From: Yuukianura sp. NJ FZ-2021
Lineage: Eukaryota
DNA: 64,000 nt
Direction of reading: 5' to 3'
Assembly: GCA_046563655.1 (NCBI GenBank)
Contig: CM102285.1
Location: 12,214,001 to 12,278,000, forward strand
Below the pieces are notes generated by a model. It saw only the letters and a program-made list of their open reading frames with translations, had not been told where the DNA came from and did not search any database. Position numbers and translations under genes: made by a program. The first letter of the stretch is position 1; each line of letters opens with the position of its first letter. Of the stretch, positions 1-11,773 are shown one piece after another.

Positions 1-1114
1 TTCCAGAAGAGGAATAAAACCATGTAGGGACTTATTTCTACCGTAAATTTCCAAATAGTACACACCAATCCCCAATAATACACTGGTGTATCATTTAAAA
101 ATAGGTGTACTATGTGGAAATCTACGGTAATGCCTGACTAACTGCTGTGCAGAGGATCCCTTAACAATATGGAATTAAATAGCCCCAAGGGTCAACAGTC
201 AATTCACAAAAAAAGTACTTTGAGAAAAGCACCAAAGCATAAGAAGAATAGTTCACTCTTCTTTTAAAAATTCAAACACAGTTTGAACATCCCAAGATTT
301 ATGGTACAACCTTGAAGCTAAATTTAAAAAATTCAAATTCAAAACAAGCAAACCCTCTTTGCTTGTTCAATTTAGAAAAGGAAGTTGTGGCTTAATGAAT
401 CCTCTAGCCGCATGTTATTGTTCAATTATTTTCTAAAAACAGGAACCGAACAACCATGTAAATTTCATTTAAAAAAATTTTCCTTAAAAAAACCCTTAAA
501 ACAAAACTGACAGCACGGTACTTTTCGTTTCTAAAAATGAATCCCTTGGAATTGAAAAATTAGACCACCAACACTGTATTATTCTCCGTGTTTTAAAATT
601 TTTCGAAATTTTCTTTTCAAAAAATGAAAATTGATATCTACCTCCCTAAAATATCCCACACGAACAGTACACCAATTAGTCTAAATCAATCTCCCACGTC
701 AGTTTGAAAAGCCAAGGCTTCAACCCTCAAAAATTCTCGCTTCTCCCTTCAACGTTCTTGAAATTTTCCCTTGAAAAATGTTAGAATTTTTTGAAATCTG
801 AAGTTATTTCGAAGGATTAATCTCCCGCAAAAACCACAATAAACTCAGATTTTGAACATAACTTTTGCCAAAATGCGTTTCCGGTAGCCTAAACTTGAAT
901 TGTTTGACTAATGCTGTCTAATGCCTTCTTTTCCTCCCACGAGCACCACAGGATAGTTGGCATTTTTGCAAAAAGTAATTTTGGCTAATTGGTCTCTACG
1001 CATTACCATTTGTTTAGATTCTGACAGTGTTTAGAGTAGGGATTTAAACAGTTTCCACTGTCGGAAGAACTTCATAAAGCAAAAGGTTTATGAAAATTGA
1101 AAAGATTTGCTTAC

Positions 1115-4100
1115 CGTAGTAAGTGCACTTGAAATTCCAGAAGAACACGGAAGAGACTTCGCAGCAGTAGAAGAGGCTGCCGTAGTATTATTGGCAGTCG
1201 AAGTACCAGGCCCTTCGTTTCTCTCAAGATTTATGGGCTCTTGCGGCAGTGAAAGGCTGCGGGAAAACAAACCAAATCATTACATTTTCTTTAATTTCCT
1301 CTCTTTTCTTTGTGGAAATTCACTTCCTTTCAGTAAAATCAAGTCATTTTTCTACAGATCAGCCATAATTGCATTAATGTATCAAAATTGTGTTTTCAAA
1401 AATAAATCGAAATAAAAATACTAAAAAAGCCTAAAAAAGTACACAAAAACCTGTCAATCACTTGCCTCACCAAACAGAACTGCAAATGTAATTCGTAAAT
1501 ACCAGGCAATCTTTGAGAAAAAATTCAACCGGCGTCAAACTAAGCTTTTGTGGCTAAAACTGAAAAATTACAAACTAAAATAATTCTGTTTGTGAAAATT
1601 CACCGCTTTTAGCAATTTATAGTAAACTTTTTTTTCTACAGCTTTTGGCCTACTTGGTCAATATAAGAATAAGAATTTTCATTAATCAAATTTTGAAGCA
1701 CAGCTTCCCAAACCTCCCACTCCCACTTCATATTGTAACTGTATTTTCCTGAATTCATAAATGGGAGGGAGAAATTTCAAAAAAGGTCAACTGGCGTCTT
1801 ACTATAAAATCACTTTTTCAAAAAAAAATCAAAATTACGAAAATACAGTACATGGAACTAAACTTTAGGACGAAGAAACAAAGTTTTTAGACGCGCGTGG
1901 GAGTGAAAAATTCTTGATTTTCTTTAGTATTCGAAATGCAGTAGCTCATAAAATTTATGATTTGTGAGAAAGGTGACGATTTGTTTATTTTTACAAATAA
2001 AAAACCTAAAAATTGGCAAACTCAGCAGAGAAATCCTAAACGTAAACAATGTTTTTGTCTTCTTCGAAGCATCGCAGCATAGTTTTTCCCAGAGCACAGA
2101 TTCTAGCTCAAGGTTAAAAATTGTGCAAATTCTAAAAACAAACAACGATTGAAGTTCCCTGCTACTGTTTGTTTTCAATCTCTCATTTTCTAACATTTCA
2201 GCACATTCCATGTTCCAGTTTCTCTGGAATGCCCTCTGGGTCACTTACTGAAAAAATTGGGTCGCAGAAACTAAATTTTACGATCCTGAAATTTTGATCT
2301 TGCGTAAGACAAATTTTAAATTCAGGAATATAAGATTTTTTTTTCAAAGTCAAAGTTAAATCAGATTTAAAATCAAGCCTTGTTAATCCGCACTTTGTAT
2401 GCTCAAGATTGTTTTTAAGATTCAAAAGAGAAAGACTATTTTTCCATTTTAAGTGTCCAACTTTTCGTTTTTTATGTCTTTCAATTCATTTTGAACACTT
2501 TGAACATTGAACTTATTTTGTCTGTAATTTACGATGACTGGGATGATGAGAAAGATCTTCCCTCATCCTCTACAGTGGCGGCCAAAATTATTGGGACACC
2601 CAGTGTAAAAATTTTTAAACAACGATAACTTTTTAACGAAGTGTCATAATTAATAACTCGATACGTCATTTTATTCAGAAAATAGTTCTTTCCAATCTCC
2701 CAAGTTTTTAGAACTTGAAGTCAAGCGGTTTATTTTATGGAATTTTTTAAACTCAAAACGTCAAAATTCTCGCGGTCAAAATTATTGGGACAGCTGGGGT
2801 TTTGGAACGAAATCAACAGTTATTGGCATTAATCTTCCATCGGTAAGTCACCTAACTTAATTTTTAGTACTTACTAACACTTGTAGTTAATTGTTGATTA
2901 GTTTTTCAGAGATGGTTGGCAATATCAAGGAAGTTCCAGGACCGATACGCGACCTAATCATTCAAGGTTGGGTTGGTGACGAAAATGGTACAAAATCAGT
3001 TCGTCAGCTGTCCGAATTGTACCACGTACCCAAGTCAACAGTACATAGCATCATACAAAGGTACCTCAAGACCGGCCATGTCGAAAACAAAGTCGGAAGG
3101 GGCCGTAAACCAATTCTTACTGAGAGGGAAGTTCGCCTGATCACCAAGAAAGTGAAGCTGGACAATCGAGTAAGCGCCGTAGCACTGTCCAAAACACTCA
3201 AAAGTGACCTTGACACGAAGTGAGCGGAATTTATCCATAATTCCGTTAATAAATTCCAAGGTTCCAGCCCCGTTTGTAGCCATGCAGCCCCAAACCATGA
3301 CACTGCCTCCTCCGTGTTTCACAGTCACATTGAGGTTCTTTGGTTTTAAGGCTTCACCAATACCTCTTCGGACATATTTTCGGCCATCTGACCCCAAAAC
3401 GTTGAACTTTGACTCGTCCGACAATAAAATTCTTTCCCAAAACGATACCGGCTTCATAAAGCGTTCTTTTGCAAACTTCAATCTCTTGGCTGCATTCTTC
3501 TTTGACACAAACGGTTTTCGCAACGGCTTGAAAGCTCTCAAATTCTGATTGCAAAGTACTCTTTGAACAGTACGGGGGCTGACTTCGGTGTCAAGGTCAC
3601 TTTTGAGTGTTTTGGACAGTTCTACGGCGCTTACTCGATTGTCCAGCTTCACTTTCTTGGTGATCAGGCGAACTTCCCTCTCAGTAAGAATTGGTTTACG
3701 GCCCCTTCCGACTTTGTTTTCGACATGGCCGGTCTTGAGGTACCTTTGTATGATGCTATGTACTGTTGACTTGGGTACGTGGTACAATTCGGACAGCTGA
3801 CGAACTGATTTTGTACCATTTTCGTCACCAACCCAACCTTGAATGATTAGGTCGCGTATCGGTCCTGGAACTTCCTTGATATTGCCAACCATCTCTGAAA
3901 AACTAATCAACAATTAACTACAAGTGTTAGTAAGTACTAAAAATTAAGTTAGGTGACTTACCGATGGAAGATTAATGCCAATAACTGTTGATTTCGTTCC
4001 AAAACCCCAGCTGTCCCAATAATTTTGACCGCGAGAATTTTGACGTTTTGAGTTTAAAAAATTCCATAAAATAAACCGCTTGACTTCAAGTTCTAAAAAC

Positions 4101-6908
4101 TTGGGAGATTGGAAAGAACTATTTTCTGAATAAAATGACGTATCGAGTTATTAATTATGACACTTCGTTAAAAAGTTATCGTTGTTTAAAAATTTTTACA
4201 CTGGGTGTCCCAATAATTTTGGCCGCCACTGTACTTTAAACGAAGCTCGTGTCCCTGTATTTGTGCTGAGTACTAAAAAATATTTGTGTAAGGACGTTTT
4301 TGATAGTTTATGACCTTTCTAAAAATTTCAATTCAATTTTAGATCTTATAAATTTTGGTCAAATTCAATTGTCAAACAAAGACTTTCATGATATGTCACC
4401 CTCCTCAAATAAATTATTCTCCCTAACGAATATAACCCTGGGCCTGAAAATTTTACTTTCTATAAAAACTGTAAAAGACAGAGCCAAGGGCCCTCCAAAA
4501 CCAGAAAAAGGGCCAAGGGCCCCCCGACTCTAACCGCTACTTGTGTGACCCATGTGTCACAATAAGGAATTTCAATTGTTCCTGGAGCCCTTTGTTCTGA
4601 ACAATGTCGGGAGAATTTGAAAAGTACTTTTGACTTACCACTTTCGCGGCTTTGTGGAATCCTTGACAATGGGAACTTCTTCAAAGCTACTGCAAGTCCC
4701 AGTGGATGCACCGCCATCGTCATCGTCATCTCCAGCATCAGCTTCACCCTCATCCGATTCATTCCTTTGATTTTTAGCAGCATCCTCCTCTTCCTCATCA
4801 GATAAATCTTGAGCTACTGGATTCTCCTCTTGTTTAAGGAACGGAGACAGCACAACTCCGCCCAAAATGTCATCAATATTTGTCATGTCGGTACTGATAA
4901 ACAGTTGGTCCTTCTTGTCCCGATTCACGACTTCAGTTGGACTGGTTAATTGTGGACTTGGGATTTCAGTTCCATCGGGACTCGTGCGATCTCCAAGCGG
5001 TTGACGTTCATTTTCATTGTCATGGTTATCAGTAAGATCAAGCTGCTGTAGCCCATCAGATGCTGCAAGTAGTTTTGGTCGTTGGATTTTGAAAGTTGTC
5101 ACTACATCTGAATCTTGTTTAGCGTTTTTGGACCAATTCGGATTTCGGAGAATAGTGCAAATGTTGTTGTCGCTGTCAGAGGAAGTACTTGATTTTGAAG
5201 CAGTCCACCACAGAGAGCGTTTTGGTTCAGGAGATCGCTTGATCCAGCTCATCTTGTCAGGCGAGGATTGTGGATGGGCAAAAGATGAAGAAGCTGAAGA
5301 TGAATCTCCATCGTCTTGGACATTCGGTTGACCTTTGCTTGAAACTGATGATGACCTGTCAATACTGCTACTGCGACTGCTTGTTGTAGATGACGAACTG
5401 GTGCCACTTCCACGGCGTCCCGCTTTGCCACTGTCACCAGGAGTCGGCAGTCCAGAACATTGAGCATCGCTATTGCTCGACTTTCTGGGCGGTGTACTTG
5501 TAGAACTGTTTCGTTTTTTGGTCAGTACCGGCGGAGGTGTTGGACTTTTGTTGCAGAGGGTTGGAATTGTACTTTTGCTTGAAGATCGACTCTGTGATAA
5601 TTTATTGGGATCTGCTGGTGGTCTTCTATTGTGTTGTCCGGCCTGCTGCTGAGCATCAGTCGTTCTGGCCAAAGAGGAGCTACTGGGCTTACCACTATTT
5701 AGGCAATTGGAAGAGTAATTAACGCCTTGACATGCTGAGGGTGAGGATGATGAAGGGCTCGTTTCCTCTTTATCTCCTACTTCTCTCCCTCCAGAATTTT
5801 TAATTGAATCTGATGAAGATGAAGATGATGAATTTTCACTATCTGAAGATGACTCACGTCTACTTGATCCTGTCAGTGTCTTAATCTTCGGCGAACTCTC
5901 GGCCAGTTTATTAGAATTAGATGATCCTGACTTCTGGTTCATGTCACCCCCGCCACCAGTGAAGTGACTCAGAGCTGAAGAAAAGGGGCTGTAGACAGTA
6001 GTTGATGGTCGTGGAATAGAGGAGACGTAGGGCTTACTTCCAGCCTTCATCAATTCGTTAACTTGAACAAGCGTTTTCTCTGTTTGATTAGCATCTTTGG
6101 ACGAGTCACGACAATTTTGACGAGTTTGGTCCAATTTCTCATCAGGTGTTGTAGCAGGCATCTTAGAACTGTGCGACATCTCACCATGTTGGCAAGAAGC
6201 CGTGGCGTCTTTGACCTGCGAAGACAAAGACCCAGTCAAAGCTTCTTTGTTTTCTTTGGACTTGGACAGACAAGAGGGGTCATCGTCACTACGTTGATGA
6301 CGAGACGATGTCGATGAGGATGGGGTTGAAGAAGCATATGTGCTGGCGCTTGAAGTGTAAGTAGAGTGAATGCCAACAGTTGTTTTGAGTCCATAGCGTG
6401 GTTGGACGGTTGGTCGTAGAGAGGCAATGGCACTACTTCCAATGGATCCATATGTTACGCTGCTGTTTGCAGTCGATGACTTGAGTTCTGTTGTGGCCCG
6501 AGTTCCTGGATTTGGCTGAGGCGAAGCGTAGTAAGGCGAAGAAGCTGGCTCAGACTTTTTGGCAAAGTTCCCTGAACTGTTGTTACTGTCAAGTCGACTT
6601 CCTCCTCCGGTTGAAGAAACAGCGGTTCGGGAATTCCCATTGCAGTTAGCAGTCCCAGGGCGTGAATAAGCTGTAGAGGAGTGGTATTTCGAAGTGTCAT
6701 TAGTAGCAGTCGCATTCGGTTTACTAGATCCGAATCCATCACTGGCACTCTTCTCACGTGTCAAAGTACTTGTCGATCCAAACGTAGACTTTTTCGTTCC
6801 TAGAAAAGAGCTAGTCGGTAGCTTGGAACAGTTTCCTCCAGAACTTCTCCCGGAATCGCTGGATCCAGGCAGTTTTGACACTCCTGGAACTGGTCCTGTC
6901 TTTAGTCC
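1115..6908 (-). CDS. Large Ser/Thr-rich, low-complexity protein of unknown function (partial; exons ~6908-4639 and 1256-1115, continuing to the left)
   Basis: 748-aa ORF bounded by a ttag acceptor (6910/6909) and a GTAAGT donor (4638). The phase-2 end (AAG TG) joins in frame to exon 1256-1115 (C CTT TCA..., KCLSLPQEP...), which has a cag acceptor and gtaag donor. No recognisable domain. Confidence 0.7.
2573..4231. mobile_element. Tc1-family (IR/DR type) DNA transposon derivative with two inverted copies of its 5' end; non-autonomous
   Basis: TA target duplication (2571-2572, 4232-4233), CAGTGG...CCACTG termini, ~648-bp near-perfect inverted arms, Tc1 transposase ORFs on both strands. Confidence 0.95.
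3035..3892 (-). pseudogene. Truncated Tc1 transposase (HTH DNA-binding domain plus first catalytic D; second D and E missing)
   Basis: Motifs GRGRKP, W..ILLSDESKF and KHGGGSVMVWGC. Sequence breaks after GIMDKFR and reads into the antisense arm. ATG at 3892, mirror copy at 2912. Confidence 0.9.
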
Positions 6909-7289
6909 CTAATCATAAGAATGCTGTTAGTAATTAGTTATAAACGCATAAACAGCTTCATCTCATCCTCACCATTTCTTCAAAATCAATCGTTTAACAT
7001 TCGCCTTTCCTTTTCAACTAAAACTAAACAAAATGAAAGTCTTTCATACATTTTTATCCTGCGCCTGCGCCGTCGCCATTTTCGATTAGTATACTCACCT
7101 CGTAAGGAACTTCCGTGTTAGAAATCAAGCATGACACTGAATACTTGCGTTAATGTCACACTTTGGAACTAAATGTAGACAGCGTATACTTTGATGGTTC
7201 GATTAATTAAAATTAAAGTTAAAGTTAATTAATAATTTGACGTCACAGAACCGAAAACCCGCCAAAGAGAAACTCAAAAATCAAAACTA

Positions 7290-7304
7290 GCCACTAGGTG
7301 GCGG
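7290..7304 (+). promoter_or_regulatory. CTCF-like motif
   Basis: GCCACTAGGTGGCGG closely matches the CCASYAGRKGGCR consensus; lies upstream of the Ser-rich gene. Confidence 0.45.
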
Positions 7305-9486
7305 GCGGATAGGAAAATTAGGAGAGTTTCGAAATAAAAAAAAGTTGAATGGCGTAAAGGTGAAAATTGGAAAATGAGTGGAAATTTTTACCTTTTTTTT
7401 TAAAAAAGCAAACCTTAAGCGTTAATTGAAACGATGAATGACTAATTAATGTTGTGTTTTAGTGTGTACCTGGTGACCGGAAGTGGTGTTACTGGTAGTA
7501 GTCTGTGAGTACTTGTCAGACAGATATGAAGACGGAGAGAAAGCAGAAGAGGAAGAAAGTAAAGATGAAAACTTGGCAGTTCCAATAGAAGATGCAGAAG
7601 AGATAGAATAGGAATTGGCTCTAGAAAATGATCCAGAAGCAGATCCAGAACTAGTCCGTAGTGCTGGACTTGTCTAAGAGCACAACGGTCAAAGGTCAAC
7701 AACTCTGTTTTAGCAATTAACAAGCTAGGTCAAGAAAACCCAACGTCAAAGTTATACGCCACTGCATTTAATTCAGGAATTCGTCATGCCTCATCAAATA
7801 ACTGCAGGTTATTTGTCTCGAGGAGTTCAGGAGAATGGCGTTAAATTTGGGCAGAAATAAATTTTTAGATTGCGTTTAGAACAATTTTTTGAAAAACTCA
7901 TCCAGAATCACTTCACAGGCAGAATTTTAGATGCTAGATTCTGGAAAAACTAATAACTTTTGTTTACATAAGTTTAATGGATTTCTGTCATAAGACTAAA
8001 AGATCCGGAAAAATAAGGGGGCTCCACGCTTCCAGTTTCTGGAAAAGTGCACTCTTCAGCATTTTCCGGATTTTTGACACTTCAATTTCAACTTAAGCTT
8101 GCGGCACGTTCCGACTTTTCATAAAATCTCCTGGAAGGCTCCATTTGAAATATTTGTTCAACCACAAAGTGGTATTTTTAGAAATCGATATATTTTTTTC
8201 ACATTTTTTAGATTTCGAAATCTACAGATTTCAGCGTTCCAGCATCATCTGTGCACAGGAGACTACTAACAAATAGGGGATATTTATATGCTTGGGTTCG
8301 CTTGGCTCGTCTTCCTTAAACAAATTAAATTTGTGCCTTTGAAATATTTTTTTTAGAAAAGCTACGGTTATGACCCCAACATGCCCGAGAAATGCAGAAA
8401 AAGTAAAAGATTTGCCAAGAAACCGGTTCGTTAATGCCGTAATCCACAAGAAATGGCGGCCGGCAGATGGTGAAATGCAAAACCATTTCAATAGTTGAAG
8501 AAGCTAAAGTATTATTAACTTTAATAGTAGTTTAAGTAATCATTAAACTTACGTAATTGGACCGATTGGAAGCCATGAGCCCAGTGGCAGTGGTTTACCA
8601 CACAAACCCGTTACACTTACAAATTATAACACGAAAAAAGCAACCACAGCTGAATTTTTGATTACAATCACTTCTGGTTTTTTGGACATGCCGAAGTAGA
8701 TGATTCTGCCACTGTTGTCCCCTCTTGAAAATTCAATTTCCATAAATCACTAAAAACTGAAACGATAATGCTGGCAATTTGTATACAAATATTCTTGAAA
8801 ATGCAAGATGTTTTCAAAAAAGAGAGTTTGTTCTTGGAATTTTTGAAGTGCTTTAGGTTCAACTTCCAGTTGCAAACAGAAAGAACCAGAAAATCAACTG
8901 AGTACATCCGAAAAAACAACCAGAAAAGTTCTTCACGGGAAACGGAAGAGGAATCTTCCCGTCTTTTTTTTACTTTCTAAAACTTCGGCTCCAAAGTTGC
9001 TTCTAGTATTGAGACTCTATTTTTAGAATATTAATCCGCTTTTGGCATCTTCACGAATATCAACTCAAATGGAAAAACGGAGAGCGTTAACTTCAGTGGC
9101 AGAAAAAAAAAGTTCAAGAAAGTCAATTCCAGTAAATCCGAAAAAGTTTTCAGAGGATTTTCTCTTTTTTTACTTGGTTAGCACGCGGCATTATCGTCAT
9201 AACGCATATGACACTTATATTGATGTTGTAGATTTTAGAATTGGACGTTAACCCTCGTCGTCAGTTAGTTTTCAGTGATGGTGGTACGGGAGCACTTCAA
9301 GTAAGACAATTGAAGTGATCCCTACAACTAACACTGCTTTCAATTGATCAAATGAAGTCTAAATTTAACAGAAGATCGGACATGATAAATGATAAGTGAT
9401 GAATTTAAAGTGAAACTAAATGCAAAAAACACTGCATGAAGGAAAACAAAATTAAAGTCGATCTCTTGGAAAAAGAGAGTATAGCC

Positions 9487-10511
9487 TCACTTCTCATCTT
9501 TACTGAGTACATCAAAATTGGAGACCAAATCGGGAACTTCGTCGTCACTGTCCTCAGCATCACCTTGTTCGCCAGCATCCGCCTTAGCGGCAGTCTCGAG
9601 AGTTTGACCAAACTTCTGTTGTGCTCCAGTGTAAGCGAATCGCTTGACATGCTCAAGACTCTCTGGTCCCATTTGACTCAGGATTTGTGGCAGCATCTCA
9701 GCGACCTCTACAATTCAGAAAAAAACGTCATTTTAGATTATGTTTTCTAGATATACCTTGAACAGTACTCGTAGTTTTTGAAATTGAATTGACAACTGGA
9801 AAGTTACCTTTCGTTTCACCATGTCCAGTTATAGCAAAGACATTTGAGCTAAGCGAAGCTTGAACCTTGGGATTGTTGAAGTGAATTACCGTACCGTCAT
9901 CCTTGATCATGTTTACCTAACATGAGAAAAAGAGAATAATGTAAATGAAACCTAGTTCCCAGGAAACGTTTCAAGATAATCAATGATACCTCCTCAATCC
10001 CAGGAATAGTGGTAACAGCTAGCTTCTTCAATGTGGATTGAAGTTTCTTGTCATCAGTTGTGGCACTTCTGTGAACGACCTTCTTCTTTCGGCGAACAGT
10101 TCCTTTGCCACCAATGCGGACGTTTTGGGACATCTTCGCAAGCTTGTCCATTTTATCTTTCTTATCCGTATCCATGATCTGCAAATTAAAATGACATTAA
10201 ATTAACATACAAACCATGCTGATTCATGATCACCACCATTGAAGATTACTAATGCTAAATTGAAGTTCAACCCTTGAATCATTCAAGTTGAATGGCCTTG
10301 TAACATGCAGAAACAAAGGAAAACACAAATCGAACGATACTCCTACTTGAATAGCCGTGGTCAGCTGATCTGACCAGTATATGAATTTCGTTGTTGTGAA
10401 CAAAACCACTGAAAACGATCGAATTTACTAATGATTAGCTTAGTACGCTTTAGCTTTGTACTAGAATAAGAAAGGAGGGGAAGAGAAACGAGATTCCTAG
10501 ATTCTTACCAT
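9487..10511 (-). CDS. BTF3: Transcription factor BTF3 / NAC beta subunit (bicaudal)
   Basis: [68 protein letters not shown] across spliced exons. Start is either an ATG at the end of exon 1 (10511) or 10175. Confidence 0.95.
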
Positions 10512-11076
10512 GAAGATGAGTTGTGACTACTGGAGAACGACCGCCTAAGTCCAGAAAGGAGAGGAACTGGCCAAGAACCAAGATTCTTCCTGGAGCTGTA
10601 TCAGTGATTAACTGATTTTTAATCTTCACTGATTACGTAACTTAAATTTTACACACAAATGACTACAAAACAGTACATTGTGAATGAGAGAATGGAAAAC
10701 ACGCTGCTCCTGCTTTTGGAGGATTCATCCAGAATTTTTTCTTGCAAAGATAATGCCCAATTCCTTAGCTATTCCCAGACTCCTTTCCAAACCCACATAC
10801 GATTCAGCACTGCTTTTTATGCAATGCCGTAATGCCGAGGATAACCAAAGGCAGGGGTCAGTCTGTACAGTATTTAGAAAATCTCAACCGCTGTTTAAAA
10901 GCACCGTTAGATTGCGCCCACCTCGCCAACCGATAAAAAAGCAAAAGAATTTACACTTTCTGTAATTTATTGTTGATAATTACAATAAATACAATAAATT
11001 CGTACATTCTTTATGTTTATTGTTACCATTTACACGTAGATTAACTACAAAAAATAGGTTAGGTTAATAAATATGT

Positions 11077-11447
11077 TTTTGTCGTACTTCCTCTCCCGTC
11101 AATAGTCCATAGTAAAGGAACTACTAACGAATGGAGAGTACAAGTACATTTACTCTTTACCCCGGGAACTATCCTATTAGATTACTCCGGAAGGGAATGC
11201 AGAATTGCTGCCTTGACCCTTGACCTCGACAACTGCTTCCACAGATATCGTTGAGTAGATCTTTAGATAAGATTCCTTACGGTAAATCGAGACTACCCAG
11301 GAGTTTTTTATTGCACGAAAACTCCGGAGCTGAAAAAACGTGTTCTCTGTCAGTGAAAGGTTTCGGTTAGGTGGAAGGATCGGTGACCTGGCAGAAGTTG
11401 GACACGTCTGCCCCCCATCCTGTCAGGACGACCAACAAATCTCGACT
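11077..11447 (-). ncRNA. Candidate telomerase RNA (TTAGG template, pseudoknot, box H/ACA 3' domain)
   Basis: TCAGTC initiator (11449-11444); 10-bp P1 (11447-11438/11294-11285); template ACCUAACC (11372-11365); pseudoknot CACG-UUUUUUCAGCU-CCGGAGUUUU-CGUG-CAAU-AAAAAACUCCUGG; box H AGAGUA (11156-11151); 25-bp hairpin; ACA (11082-11080). Folded manually. Confidence 0.72.
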
Positions 11448-11773
11448 GAATCAAAAAAATCAAAATTCTTGACATTTCGGATTTCTAAATTTTGGAGGCG
11501 GTAAAAAATCTAGCTTAAAAAATTCAAATTTTTCTTGGCGCGTTTTGCGTCTCAACACGTACAAAGTCTATTAAAATTTGCAGAACAATAGAGTAATGTT
11601 CTAAACTCACTATATAATTTAACTAATTTAATTATATAGTTTAATTAAATACTTAAATCAGCGTCTACTGATAAAATAATGGTGCCTGTACTTGAATAAT
11701 CAAGACATATAAATAAACTTGCGTTTATTCAACTGAAAACTGTAAATGGTAAAACAGAATTATATCTGAGAAT

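Noticed and set aside
2891..3223. Separate 110-aa transposase gene
   Set aside because: It is the mirror arm of the same fold-back Tc1 element, not an independent insertion: one TSD and exact symmetry about one axis.
7442..7723. 93-aa Leu-rich minus ORF over a purine-rich tract
   Set aside because: Non-ATG start, compositional artefact, no splice or homology support.
10179..10508. snoRNA in the long first intron of BTF3
   Set aside because: Only short hairpins; no convincing C/D or H/ACA box arrangement.
11055..11066. TAGGTTAGGTTA and similar short TTAGG/CCTAA tracts (~20196, ~25630, ~52330)
   Set aside because: Too short to be interstitial telomeres. They show that template-like words are common here, so the telomerase RNA call rests on the structure and not on the template alone. 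This tract lies beyond the ACA end.
11077..11447. Alternative identities for the structured RNA: RNase P/MRP, U17/snR30, or a Pol III RNA
   Set aside because: I found no P4 GGAAnnUC/GAAAGUCCCC motifs and no U17 m1/m2 motifs, and internal T6 runs on both strands argue against Pol III transcription.
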